A DNA stretch of 64,000 nucleotides from Johnsonella sp. Lineage in GTDB: Bacteria; Bacillota; Clostridia; Lachnospirales; Lachnospiraceae. The stretch lies in the NCBI GenBank assembly GCA_030529445.1, contig JAUMWW010000002.1, positions 54,595-118,594 of the forward strand, read 5' to 3'. The stretch's first letter is position 1; each line of letters begins with the position of its first letter. Both the position numbers and the translations under genes were made by a program. The notes below the pieces were generated by a model. The model did no database searches. It saw only the letters and a program-made list of their open reading frames with translations, and was not told the DNA's origin. Below, piece by piece: positions 39,270 to 49,800 of this stretch.

Positions 39270-41038
39270 GCCTCTTCCTCCTTTCTCCCGATGCCCCATT
39301 TGATCGTCTCCTGATATCGGGTCCACATCCCCGCATAGAGGAAGTTTTTTTCCAGAAGCTCGGCATGCGTACCGCTTTCTGCCAGCCTTCCCCCCTCCAT
39401 TACCAATATTTGATCCGCGGATTTGATGGTTCCCAATCTATGCGCGATGATGATGAGCGTCTTCCCCCTGCTTAGTTTACTCAGGGCAATCTGTATCTTG
39501 CGCTCGTTTTCCGAATCCGCAAAGGCGGTTGCCTCATCCAGCACCAAAACGGGAGCGTTTTTCATGATTGCGCGGGCAATCGCAATACGCTGCGCCTCCC
39601 CTCCGGACAGATGCACTCCCTCTTTTCCGATTACCGTATCATATCCCTTCGGCAGCTTTCTTATAAAATCGTCGCACATTGCCGCCTTCGCCGCACGGAT
39701 CACCTCCTCATCCCCCGCATTCGGACTTCCCATGCGGATATTATCCCGAATGCTCCGGCTGAAAAGATACACATCCTGAAAGACAAAGCTTACCCGGCGC
39801 ATCAGCTCCTCCTCCGCCATATCCCGGATATCCACGCCGCCTATCGATATGCTTCCCGAGCTCACATCCCAAAATCTCGGAATCAGATGCGCGATTGTGC
39901 TCTTTCCTCCTCCCGAAGGACCGACAATTGCGGTTATTTTTCCTTCCGGAGCAGTAAAGCTCAGATCCGAGAGCGCCAAGGAATCATTCCCCTCATAAGA
40001 AAAGGAAACCTTATCAAATACCAGCGCATTGCTCCTCGGAGCTTTATCATTCTTCCCCTCGGGCATCCTGGGAAGAGCCATCATGGCATCATAGCTTCTG
40101 ACTCCTCCGGATACTCTCATGCTCGAAGAAGATACATACATAAACTTATGCAGCACGGAAGCGATCGCCGGCGCAAAGACGAGATAAAACATGAAATTCA
40201 GCAGAAAATGCCGATAGTTTTTGCTTCTGCTTCCTATCACTATGCCGAGGGGAATCAGAAAAAGATAAATATTATTTATCATCGCCATAAATAAAGCCGT
40301 GGAATTCTTCCACTTCATCGTATATGCCAGCATAAATTCGGTATATTTTTTTATTGACCCGCAAAGCTGCTTAAAGGAATGTGCGGTTTGCCCGAATGCC
40401 TTCAAGACCGGCATCCCTCTGACATATTCTACGGTCGCCTCCGTCATATCCGCCTCATTTTTTTGCAGCTTCTCCATTAATTCGGAGACGGATACTCCCA
40501 TCGCCGCAAACTGAATGGCAAAAGCAATCATAACCGCAGCCAGAGAGGCAAGCCCGAAGCGCCAGTCAAAAACAAATAAAATAATCAGCAGAGCAATCGG
40601 AGCCACAAAAGAGGAAACCATATCCGGATAAACATGGGCAAGAAAGCTTTCCATCTTCTCGATATCCTGATTCATTACCTTGCGGAAGCGTCCGCTTCCG
40701 ATATTCAGATGAAATCCCAAGGGGATTTTTGCGAGATGCTTTGCAAATCCCCTTTTTAACTTATATTGTGTACCGAAAGCAGCCAAATGGGCACAGATCG
40801 AGGAGAGCAGAAAGCAGAGAGCATCCGCTGCGGCAAATAGGATCGCAAGCCCTCCGTATCCGAGCAGGAGCTTCGTATCGATTCCTCCCATATCCGGGTA
40901 GATCTCTATCAAATGCCGAATGAGCAGATATACGAAGACATAAGGAATCAATGAAGCGGCGGCGGCAAAAGCCGCAAGCAATCCGCTGATCAGAAGCAAT
41001 CCCCTATGCTCCGCTGCCAATTCAAATATTCGCTTCAT
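39266..41038 (-). CDS. ABC exporter half-transporter (TMD-NBD fusion), heterodimer partner A
   Basis: 6-TM N-domain. Walker A GPSGGGKST, signature LSGGEAQR, Walker B VLVLDEATA. Confidence 0.85.
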   Translation of the reverse strand: MKRIFELAAEHRGLLLISGLLAAFAAAASLIPYVFVYLLIRHLIEIYPDMGGIDTKLLLGYGGLAILFAAADALCFLLSSICAHLAAFGTQYKLKRGFAKHLAKIPLGFHLNIGSGRFRKVMNQDIEKMESFLAHVYPDMVSSFVAPIALLIILFVFDWRFGLASLAAVMIAFAIQFAAMGVSVSELMEKLQKNEADMTEATVEYVRGMPVLKAFGQTAHSFKQLCGSIKKYTEFMLAYTMKWKNSTALFMAMINNIYLFLIPLGIVIGSRSKNYRHFLLNFMFYLVFAPAIASVLHKFMYVSSSSMRVSGGVRSYDAMMALPRMPEGKNDKAPRSNALVFDKVSFSYEGNDSLALSDLSFTAPEGKITAIVGPSGGGKSTIAHLIPRFWDVSSGSISIGGVDIRDMAEEELMRRVSFVFQDVYLFSRSIRDNIRMGSPNAGDEEVIRAAKAAMCDDFIRKLPKGYDTVIGKEGVHLSGGEAQRIAIARAIMKNAPVLVLDEATAFADSENERKIQIALSKLSRGKTLIIIAHRLGTIKSADQILVMEGGRLAESGTHAELLEKNFLYAGMWTRYQETIKWGIGRKEEEA

Positions 41039-41053
41039 CTTCCTTCTCCTCTC

Positions 41054-41674
41054 TTATTTCATTTCTTTTATGAAGCCCGCCTTGATCAAATGCTTCTGAA
41101 AGATCTTTTTTGCAAGCAATGCTCCCGAAATGGACATGAGAAACGTAAGCAGCAGGGCAAAGGCAAGATAAGGTCCGTTGATAAAATTCACCAGCCGAAC
41201 CATAAATTCCTTATCAATGCCGTTCCCCTCGGCGAGCTTAAGGTAATACTCCTTCATCAGAAGAAAGGGCATATAGGAGCCGATTGCCGTTGCAATCATC
41301 AGGACGGCATAGCCCATCGTCTCACGAAAATAGCTTTGCTCTCCCCCTCCCCTGATCAGCTCGGCGATCAGGGCGCCGAGAAAGACGGAGACAAAGATCG
41401 GCCATCCGCTTCCCATCCCGAACATAATGAGTCCGAATAAGCTTCCGAAGAGGATGATCGCTCCTCTTTTGGGCGTTTTTGAACGAAGCAGCATATAGAC
41501 GGAGGCTCCGACAAAAGATCCCAATGCGACACCGAAGGGAAGCGTATAGACGCTCATGCTCATGATCATAATGCAAAGCATAAAAAGGATCAGAAAGATC
41601 ACGCCGAATATTCCTATGCCGATAAAGTCCTTTCCCTTCAGCTTTTTGCCCGCAGTATTCATGTTTTTCATCAT
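41054..41674 (-). CDS. Putative ECF-transporter S component, Trep_Strep/MptD-like family
   Basis: About 206 aa. 5-6 hydrophobic helices. Strongly basic C-terminal tail (KKIFQKHLIKAGFIKEMK), as described for the Trep_Strep family. Immediately downstream of EcfAA'/EcfT. Confidence 0.5.
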   Translation of the reverse strand: MMKNMNTAGKKLKGKDFIGIGIFGVIFLILFMLCIMIMSMSVYTLPFGVALGSFVGASVYMLLRSKTPKRGAIILFGSLFGLIMFGMGSGWPIFVSVFLGALIAELIRGGGEQSYFRETMGYAVLMIATAIGSYMPFLLMKEYYLKLAEGNGIDKEFMVRLVNFINGPYLAFALLLTFLMSISGALLAKKIFQKHLIKAGFIKEMK

Positions 41675-41690
41675 CTTATCTTCCTCGCTT

Positions 41691-43082
41691 TCATCTTTTT
41701 ATTTTTTCCAAATCGATTACTCTTGTAGAGATTTTTTCCAGAAATTCATTATCATGGGAAATCACCAGCAGCGCCCTTCCCTGATCGGATAATTTTTTCA
41801 GCATTTCGGCGACATTGCACATATTCCGGTAATCCAATCCGCTCGTCGGTTCGTCAAAAATAAGAAGCGGCGCAGCCGAAAGCGCTGCAAGCACAATGGA
41901 GAGGCGCTGTTTCTGCCCACCGGATAAAGAAAGAGGATGTCTTTGGATAAAGCCCTCCAGTTCCAATGCCTTCAAAACCGCCTCTATTTCCTTTCGGTCG
42001 GGAGATTTTCCTCCGGCAATGAGTGAAAGTTCATTTTCCACGCTCTCCGTAAAAAGCTGATAATTCGGATCCTGCATCACAAGATAGGAAGCTTTCCTTC
42101 TTTGCTTCGCATCGGACAAAACCCCTTTTAAATAAATCTCTCCCCCCTTCTCTTTGGTCAGCCCGCAAAGAATTCTTGCCAAAGTCGTCTTTCCCGCTCC
42201 GTTTTCTCCTTTTATCCCGATAATCTCACCCTCATCCGCACTCAGGCTGATCCGGGTCTGCTTCCCTGCAAAAAGCGCAATATCCCTCAGCTCCAGGACA
42301 GGAATGCGAGCCGGACAGCTTGCCGGGCTGCCGTAAATCTTTCTCTCACGAAGGGAGCGCAGCCCTCTTTCATGGGGCCCCTCTTCCCCGATTCCTTCAA
42401 GCTCCTCCATGCCGTAATCGGCTTTGCACCTTCCCTCTTCGAGCAGAATCACTCTATCCGCAAGGTCGCGCAGATAATAAAGGCGATGCTCGGAAACAAG
42501 TATGGTCTTACCCTCTTTTTTGAGCTTGTTCAAGGTTTTTTTCAGTCTCTCAATCGCAGCTTCATCCAAATTGGCAGAGGGTTCGTCCAAAACATAGATC
42601 TCCGGATGAAGCGCATAGACGCTTCCGAATGCGATGCTCTGTTTCTCCCCTCCCGAGAGGGCAAAAATATTTCTCTTACAGAGTTTTTCGAGCTCGAGCT
42701 CCTCAACCGTACGCTTATAGCGCCGATGCATTTCCTCATAAGGAATACCGCAGTTTTCCATTGAAAATACCAGTTCGCTCCTTGTATCCGTACAGAAAAA
42801 CTGTGTTCTCGGATTCTGAAAAACGGAGCCGACCAAAGCGGCAAGCTCGTGCGGTTCCTTTTCCCTGATGCTCTCTCCCTTTATTCTTATCTCTCCAAAA
42901 AGATCTCCCGGATAAAAACTCGGAATCAATCCGTTGATCAGCCTGGTAATCGTCGTTTTCCCGCAGCCCGAACTTCCCGAAAGAACGACACATTCTCCCG
43001 CCTTTACATGCAGGGAAAAATCCCGCAATGCCGCGGTCTCGGAACCCTCATAGAAAAAGCTCACCCTATCCAGCCTGATCAT
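41691..43082 (-). CDS. ecfA: Energy-coupling-factor transporter ATPase with duplicated NBDs (EcfA-EcfA' fusion)
   Basis: Two ABC cassettes: GSSGCGKTT/LSGGEKQ/VLDEPSANLD and GENGAGKTT/LSGGQKQR/IFDEPTSGLD. Confidence 0.85.
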   Translation of the reverse strand: MIRLDRVSFFYEGSETAALRDFSLHVKAGECVVLSGSSGCGKTTITRLINGLIPSFYPGDLFGEIRIKGESIREKEPHELAALVGSVFQNPRTQFFCTDTRSELVFSMENCGIPYEEMHRRYKRTVEELELEKLCKRNIFALSGGEKQSIAFGSVYALHPEIYVLDEPSANLDEAAIERLKKTLNKLKKEGKTILVSEHRLYYLRDLADRVILLEEGRCKADYGMEELEGIGEEGPHERGLRSLRERKIYGSPASCPARIPVLELRDIALFAGKQTRISLSADEGEIIGIKGENGAGKTTLARILCGLTKEKGGEIYLKGVLSDAKQRRKASYLVMQDPNYQLFTESVENELSLIAGGKSPDRKEIEAVLKALELEGFIQRHPLSLSGGQKQRLSIVLAALSAAPLLIFDEPTSGLDYRNMCNVAEMLKKLSDQGRALLVISHDNEFLEKISTRVIDLEKIKR

Positions 43083-43783
43083 GCCGAATCACCTCCGGCT
43101 CTTATTTTCAGCAGGAAAATCCCTGCAAAAATAAGGAGAAATATCAGGCTGAACAAAATATCCCGCCATCCCGGACGAAGCCTCGTAAATGCGCTTCTTT
43201 TTGCAGGATTGTCCAGTCCCCGCGTAATGGAGGAGGCGGAGAGTTCATCCGCAATCGTCGAGGAACGCACGAGCAGAGGAAGCATAAAGCTTTCAAAAAC
43301 CATCACAGGTCGCTTTCTCAATGCGGAAGGAGAAATTTCGATTCCCCGGAGGCGCATCGCATCCCGGATACAGGATATCTCTTCTTTTACCGTAGGAAAG
43401 AAGCGCATGGCTACGGCAAATGTAATCACAAAGGACTTCGGGAGATGCAGCGCATACATTCCCGTAATCATTTCATTGACCTCCGTGGTTTTTAAAAATA
43501 CATGCCCGTAAAGCATAATCGGCATGCAGATCCTTGCTCCCAAAACCAGCAGTAAAAGCATGCTTTTGAGAAAAAGCGGGAGATGATTCGCCCCCGCAAT
43601 AAAGAGGCTCAGCAGCGCATAGACAAGCATAAATTTCAGTGTTTTTTTTATTTGTCCCAACGCAAAAGATAAGGCGGAAACCGTAAAAAACACATAGGAA
43701 CCGTACCTTATATCCTTAACGGAAAACGCCATAAAGGAGACGGCAAAAAAAAGCAAAAACCTGCATCTCACATCCGGTCTCAA
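43079..43783 (-). CDS. ecfT: Energy-coupling-factor transporter transmembrane subunit EcfT (CbiQ family)
   Basis: 5 TM segments. Conserved Arg-containing coupling helices (ARxxR-like MRLRGIE). ATGA overlap with ecfA. Confidence 0.75.
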   Translation of the reverse strand: MRPDVRCRFLLFFAVSFMAFSVKDIRYGSYVFFTVSALSFALGQIKKTLKFMLVYALLSLFIAGANHLPLFLKSMLLLLVLGARICMPIMLYGHVFLKTTEVNEMITGMYALHLPKSFVITFAVAMRFFPTVKEEISCIRDAMRLRGIEISPSALRKRPVMVFESFMLPLLVRSSTIADELSASSITRGLDNPAKRSAFTRLRPGWRDILFSLIFLLIFAGIFLLKIRAGGDSA

Positions 43784-43964
43784 ACAGATCCCCCCTTCCT
43801 TGAATATCCTCTTTATTCATGCTATAACTATTATGGTTAGTCTGTCCTGACTCAATGCGATTATAGCAAAGAAAGCGCTTCCGAATAAGCGATTTCGGGG
43901 AACTATGTCTTTTCCTGAAAGAAAAATGTCCGATCGATAAAATAATGAGAAGGAGGAGAGTTTT

Positions 43965-44918
43965 ATGGAGGAGGCGATTCGAAAAATCTGTGAAGAAATG
44001 GGGATGCGGGAAAATACAAAAGAAAATCCCTTCGGATGCGGTACTTTTTTTGCAGGAGATAAAAATATTTCTCAGGGATATTTTTGGTACCTTGTTTATG
44101 AAAAGCATTTCATTATTACGAAATGTGATTTTCTTTTTTGCAGGGATACCAAAGTCACCCTCCCCGCCAATTCTATTTTTATCGCTCTTCGTCTGGATTA
44201 TGCGAGGCATCTGCCTCCCGGCAAAATACTCGCCTTCCTGGAAGAGGAGGGCAGGCTTTCTTCGGTACGGATGAAGGAGGGAGCGAGAGTCGCATATACG
44301 GAAGTCTTATATATCCCGCTTTTTTACCGAAAACATCTGAATACGATGTTTACCGCAAAGAAGGCAAATCCCATCGAGATCTTAAAAAACATGGGAGGGG
44401 AGCATAATTGGTCCTCTGAAATGATGGATTCCCTCATCAGAATTTCCAAATGCGAAATGACGGGGATCTCCGCGGAGCTCTTTTATATCGCGGAAGCATA
44501 CAGGCTGATGTCCGCAGTTTTGGAAATGGGAAGCGGCAGGCTGCCGAAAAAGAGCACGGATTATGAAGATATTTTGCGCGTGATACAGTATATCGATCAG
44601 CACTATACCGAAACGATCCGGCAGGAGGCTCTTGTTCGTCTTGCCAAAATGAGCCCGACAAAGCTGAAGAATCTTTTTCGCCAATTTACGGGCTCCGCAA
44701 TTACGGATTATATTCTGACAAAAAAAGCGGATCGGGCAGCTCATCTTCTCTCGGATACGGATCTCTCCGTGGAGGAAATCGCTTCTATGCTGGGCTTCCA
44801 TACAGTTTCCGGATTTTCCACCTCATTTAAAAAGAAAATGGGCATACCTCCCTCCGAATACCGTAAACAAATGGAATTTATCTGCTATAAAAATCCCTCA
44901 AGCGGTATTTCCTTTTGA
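43965..44918 (+). CDS. AraC-family transcriptional regulator
   Basis: C-terminal dual HTH (LAKMSPTKLKNLFRQFTGSAITDYI...EEIASMLGFHTVSGFSTSFKKKMGIPPSEYRK) plus an N-terminal ligand-binding domain. Divergent from the ECF/ABC operon. Confidence 0.85.
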   Translation: MEEAIRKICEEMGMRENTKENPFGCGTFFAGDKNISQGYFWYLVYEKHFIITKCDFLFCRDTKVTLPANSIFIALRLDYARHLPPGKILAFLEEEGRLSSVRMKEGARVAYTEVLYIPLFYRKHLNTMFTAKKANPIEILKNMGGEHNWSSEMMDSLIRISKCEMTGISAELFYIAEAYRLMSAVLEMGSGRLPKKSTDYEDILRVIQYIDQHYTETIRQEALVRLAKMSPTKLKNLFRQFTGSAITDYILTKKADRAAHLLSDTDLSVEEIASMLGFHTVSGFSTSFKKKMGIPPSEYRKQMEFICYKNPSSGISF

Positions 44919-44954
44919 AAAGATGAAAGAATTTCAAGAATTTTTATCCATATC

Positions 44955-44992
44955 AAAAAGACTCCGATCTCATCGAAATCGGAGTCTTTTTT
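44955..44992. terminator. Bidirectional intrinsic terminator between araC-like gene and tRNA-Leu
   Basis: gactccgat-ctcatcgaa-atcggagtc hairpin with A5 upstream and T6 downstream. Confidence 0.6.
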
Positions 44993-44994
44993 CC

Positions 44995-45077
44995 TGCCGG
45001 TGGCGAGACTCGAACTCGCACACCCTTTCGAATAACAGATTTTGAGTCTGTCGCGTCTGCCATTCCGCCACACCGGC
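44995..45077 (-). tRNA. tRNA-Leu (anticodon CAA), class II with long variable arm
   Basis: Reverse complement GCCGGTGTGGCGGAATGGCAGACGCGACAGACTCAAAATCTGTTATTCGAAAGGGTGTGCGAGTTCGAGTCTCGCCACCGGCA; anticodon loop CTCAAAA. Confidence 0.8.
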
Positions 45078-45236
45078 ATATCTCAATCAAACGAGATTAT
45101 TCTAACATAAAAGCAAACTCTGCGCAAGCGGAAATATTTTATCTTTCCATAATAATTTTATAAAGACATATCCTTGTAAATAAGGTATAATCTTTAAGAA
45201 AATGAATCTGAACATATAAAGAACTCTATCTCGGAG

Positions 45237-46079
45237 GTGCTTATGAAAACAAGTAAAAAATCCTTTTATTCCATTATTATTTTTTCGATTCTGGCGGGGC
45301 TTTCCTTAAGCCTTGGCGCATGCAAAAAACATAAGGAGATCGATCTTTCGAGCATTCACAGCTCTCCCGCCTCCACGCAGGCGCAAACCATGGCATCCAC
45401 TAAAGAATCCTCTTCGGAAGTGCCGAAAACGACAAGCGCAAAAAGCACGGAAGCCGCAAAGACCGAAAAAATCGAATCCTCCGCAAAAAAATATACAGAA
45501 GGCAAGCTCCAGCTTGATTATCCGCAGATCAGCGGAATAGAGGACAGCCAAAAGCTTTCCGAAATCAATGCCTTAATCGAAAACAATGTGAAATCCGTAA
45601 TCCCCGCTCTCGGTCTTGATCCGCAAAAGGACAGCATGGAAATCAAATCCTCCGTGATCAGCGCCGACAGAAAGCGTCTGATCATCGTATATCGGGGCAC
45701 TTACCAAAAATCCGGAGAAAAAGAAAAGCACAATCTCTTCTTTACGAATAATATCGATATCAACGCGGGGAAAAATCTCGGATTAAATGATTTTACCGAT
45801 CCCTACACGATGGCGGGATACCTGCTCTCGGACGATGTGCTCCTTGCCGATGCAAATGAAGAGCTCAGCAAAGCATTTATGGAAGGACGCAAACAAAAAA
45901 CGCTGGAAGAGTATACAAAGCTCCTGAGCAATTCCGACTTTCCGATTAAAGCTGAAAACGGCGGCTCTTTCCCGAGCAGTTTCAGCTATATCAAAAACGG
46001 GGATATTTATTTCAGCATACCTCTGGATCATGCTCTCGGCGATTATGTGATCATTAAATACTCGCCGAGCTCAAAATAA
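45237..46079 (+). CDS. Lipoprotein with DUF4163/DUF3298-like (RsiV-type) extracytoplasmic domains
   Basis: Lipobox [16 protein letters not shown] and [15 protein letters not shown] motifs resemble DUF4163/DUF3298 hallmarks. Confidence 0.5.
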   Translation: MLMKTSKKSFYSIIIFSILAGLSLSLGACKKHKEIDLSSIHSSPASTQAQTMASTKESSSEVPKTTSAKSTEAAKTEKIESSAKKYTEGKLQLDYPQISGIEDSQKLSEINALIENNVKSVIPALGLDPQKDSMEIKSSVISADRKRLIIVYRGTYQKSGEKEKHNLFFTNNIDINAGKNLGLNDFTDPYTMAGYLLSDDVLLADANEELSKAFMEGRKQKTLEEYTKLLSNSDFPIKAENGGSFPSSFSYIKNGDIYFSIPLDHALGDYVIIKYSPSSK

Positions 46080-46096
46080 TATTAAGGAGATGGATT

Positions 46097-46750
46097 ATGT
46101 CTGCACTTTCACTATCTGAAACCAAAGAAATCTTTATTAACGATCATCCGCTGATACAACATAAAATCACGAGGCTGCGTGATAAAAACACGGGAACCAA
46201 CGAGTTTCGCTCCCTCGTCGGCGAGATTGCCATGCTGATGGGATATGAGGCGCTTCGGGATCTTCCCATTGAAGAAACGGAAGTCGAAACTCCGATTGAA
46301 AAATGCTTTTCTCCGAGTATTGCCGGAAGAAAGCTTGCCATCGTTCCCATACTCAGAGCCGGGCTCGGAATGGTGGACGGCATACTTGCCCTCGTTCCCA
46401 CCGCAAAGGTCGGCCATATCGGCTTATACCGGGATGAGGTGACCCATCTTCCTCATGAATATTACTGCAAGCTTCCCAAGCCCATCGAAGAAAGAACCAT
46501 CGTCGTTTTGGATCCCATGCTTGCCACGGGAGGCTCTGCGGTGGATGCAATTTCTCAAATCAAGGAACATGGAGGCATTAAAATTAAGTTTATGTGTATC
46601 ATTGCCGCTCCCGAGGGACTGAAAAAGCTTCACGAGGCGCATCCCGATGTACAGATCTATATCGGCCATCTCGACCGGCAGCTCAATAAGGATGCTTATA
46701 TCTGTCCCGGGCTCGGAGATGCGGGAGACCGAATCTTCGGAACAAAATAA
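46097..46750 (+). CDS. upp: Uracil phosphoribosyltransferase
   Basis: PRPP-binding [12 protein letters not shown] and C-terminal [17 protein letters not shown]; 217 aa. Confidence 0.95.
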   Translation: MSALSLSETKEIFINDHPLIQHKITRLRDKNTGTNEFRSLVGEIAMLMGYEALRDLPIEETEVETPIEKCFSPSIAGRKLAIVPILRAGLGMVDGILALVPTAKVGHIGLYRDEVTHLPHEYYCKLPKPIEERTIVVLDPMLATGGSAVDAISQIKEHGGIKIKFMCIIAAPEGLKKLHEAHPDVQIYIGHLDRQLNKDAYICPGLGDAGDRIFGTK

Positions 46751-46800
46751 AAAGGCGCAGAAAATTAAAAAACGAAACATTAAAAAGCAAAAACTCAACA

Positions 46801-46845
46801 AGAAGCGCAGAACCTTTTCCTCAAGGTTCTGCGCTTCTTTTTATT
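46801..46845. terminator. Bidirectional intrinsic terminator between upp (+) and nifJ (-)
   Basis: agaagcgcagaacc-ttttcctcaa-ggttctgcgcttct, a 14-bp stem, followed by T5. Confidence 0.65.
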
Positions 46846-46886
46846 TCATATAGATCCGCCCGAAGGCATCTTTTCCGATTGCGAAA

Positions 46887-49800
46887 TTATGAGTAGAGAG
46901 TCACCAGCTTCTGCAGGTATTCGTATCTCTCCTTTGCATCCTCCTCATTGCGCTTGAAGAGTGCTTCCGCTCTCTCCGGATTCTTGAGTGCAAGAGAAGC
47001 GTAACGCACCTCTCCCTTGAGGAATTCCTGATAATCTCCCGTCGGCGCTTTGGAATCGAGCGTAAACTTCTTCTCCGCAGCGGGATTGTATCTGAAGTTA
47101 TGCCAGTAGCCCGCCTCGACCGCAAGCTTCTCTTCCGTCATGGACTTGCCCATGCCGAGCTTGATTCCATGTGCGATACAGGGTGCATATGCGATGATCA
47201 GCGAGGGACCGGGATATGCTTCCGCCTCGGCGATTGCCTTAACCGTCTGGTTATAATCCGCACCCATCGCGATCTGTGCAACATATACATAGCCGTAGCT
47301 CATGGCGATGCTTGCCAGATCCTTCTTCTTGGTTTCCTTTCCGCCTGCCGCAAACTGTGCCGTAGCACCGGTCTTGGTCGACTTCGAGGACTGTCCTCCC
47401 GTATTGGAGTAAACTTCCGTATCGAATACGAAAATATTGACATCATGGCCGCTTGCCAGTACATGGTCGAGACCGCCGAATCCGATATCGTATGCCCATC
47501 CGTCTCCTCCGAAGATCCACTGGCTCTTCTTGGAGAGGAAATCCTTATTCTTCAGGAGGTGCTTTGCATCCTCTCCCTCTTCCTTCTGCAAAAGCTCTAC
47601 CAGCTGATCCGTAGCCGTTCCGTTTGTCGCTCCTACGGTATAGGTATCCAGATAGTTTTGGCATGCCGCTTTGAGCTCCTCGGAAGAAGTCGAAGCCATA
47701 AGAGATTCCACTTTCTTCTTCAGTCCGTTTCTGATTGCGGAGTTTGCCAGATACATACCGTAACCGAATTCCGCATTATCCTCAAAGAGGGAGTTTGACC
47801 ATACCGGACCCTTGCCCTGCGGATTTACCGTATAGGGTGTGGAGGGTGAGGAGTTGCCCCAGATCGAAGAGCAGCCCGTTGCGTTTGCAATATACATTCT
47901 GTCTCCGAAGAGCTGAGTAACCAATCTTGCATACGGTGTCTCTCCGCAGCCCGCACATGCGCCCGAGAACTCGAGCAGAGGCTTCTTAAACTGAGAACCC
48001 TTCACCGTGGTTTCTTTAAACTTTGCAATAACTTCCTTCTTCTCCGGAAGATTGGTTCCGTAATCGAAGTATTTCTGTGTTCCTTCATTTTCCGCAAGCT
48101 TCTGCATCGTCAATGCCTTAAGCTGCTGTCCGCTCTCCTTGTCCTTCTTTCCCGGACATACGTTTGCACAGGAGCCGCATCCCGTACAGTCTAATGCGGA
48201 TACCGCGATTGCAAACTTATAACCGGGCATTCCGGTGAGTCCGAGGGTCTGCATTCCTTCCGGAACATGATTTGCTTCCTCCTCGCTCAGCGCAACGGTT
48301 CTGATTACCGCATGCGGGCAAACATATGCGCAGAAACCGCACTGAATACAGTTATTGCTGTTCCATACCGGAATATTTACCGCAATTCCTCTCTTCTCGT
48401 ATGCTGCCGTGCCGCTGGGCGTGCTTCCGTCTACATAATCGAGGAATGCCGATACCGGAAGATTATTACCCTCCTGTGCATTGACATGGGACTGAATATT
48501 GTTTACGAAATCGATAACTTCTTTTCTTCCCTCCGAAACAACCTTGAAATCCAAGCCCTCATCCTGTGCATTTGCCCAGCTTGCGGGAACCTCAACCTTA
48601 ACAACCTGCTTTGCACCCGCATCGATCGCCGCCCAGTTCGTTGCAACGACTTCCTGACCCTTACGTCCGTAGGTCTTTTCTGCGGCCTTCTTCATCAGCT
48701 CGATCGCCTTTTCCTGCGGAATGATTGCGGCAAGACTGAAGAATGCGGACTGCAGTATCGTATTGATTCTGGTCGCTCCCATTCCCGTCTCGATACCGAT
48801 CTTCACACCGTCTATCGTATAGAAATTGATCTTATGATCCGCGATATACTTCTTTACCTGTCCCGGAAGATGGGTCTCCAGCTCCTGCGCATTCCATGGG
48901 CAGTTAAGCAGGAAGGTTCCTCCGTCCACCAATTCCTGTACCATATTATACTTACGGATATATGCCGGGTTATGGCAGGCAACGAAGTCCGCTTTTCTGA
49001 TCAGATAGGTCGATTTGATCGGCTTATGTCCGAATCTGAGGTGAGATATCGTAACACCGCCCGATTTTTTGGAGTCATAATCAAAGTATGCCTGTGCATA
49101 CATGTCCGTATTGTCTCCGATGATCTTAATGGAGTTCTTATTCGCTCCTACGGTTCCGTCCGCACCGAGTCCCCAGAACTTACAGTTCTTTGTTCCCTCC
49201 GGAGTTGTAATGATATGCTCCTTGATATCAAGCGAAAGATGGGTTACATCATCTACGATTCCGACCGTAAAATGCTTCTTCTCGGTATTTCTGAATACCG
49301 CAAGCATCTGTGAAGGTGTGGTATCCTTCGAGCTCAATCCGTAGCGTCCGGACATAATCGGAATATCATGGAATTTGGTATCCCTCAGAGCAGCCACCAC
49401 ATCAAGGTATAAGGGCTCGCCCAATGCTCCCGGCTCCTTCGTTCTGTCAAGCACATGGATTCTCTTTACCGTATCCGGGATCGCCGCCAAAAGCGCCTCT
49501 GCGTTAAATGGTCTGTAAAGCCTTACCTTTACGGAACCGACCTTCTCTCCGTTTGCCATCAGATAATCCACGGTCTCTTCGATTGCCTCGTTTACGGATC
49601 CCATTGCGATAATGATCGTCTCCGCATCCTCCGCACCGTAATAATTAAACAGCTTATAGTTCGTGCCTATTTTTTGGTTTACCTTGTCCATGTATTCCTG
49701 AACAATCGCGGGAAGCGCCATATAATGTTTATTGCATGCCTCTCTTGCCTGGAAGAAAATATCCGGATTTTGAGCAGATCCTCTCTCCAGGGGATGGTTC

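Noticed and set aside
48267-49313. 348-aa + strand ORF inside nifJ
   Set aside because: Antisense to the PFOR gene, whose translation is unambiguous over 1181 aa.
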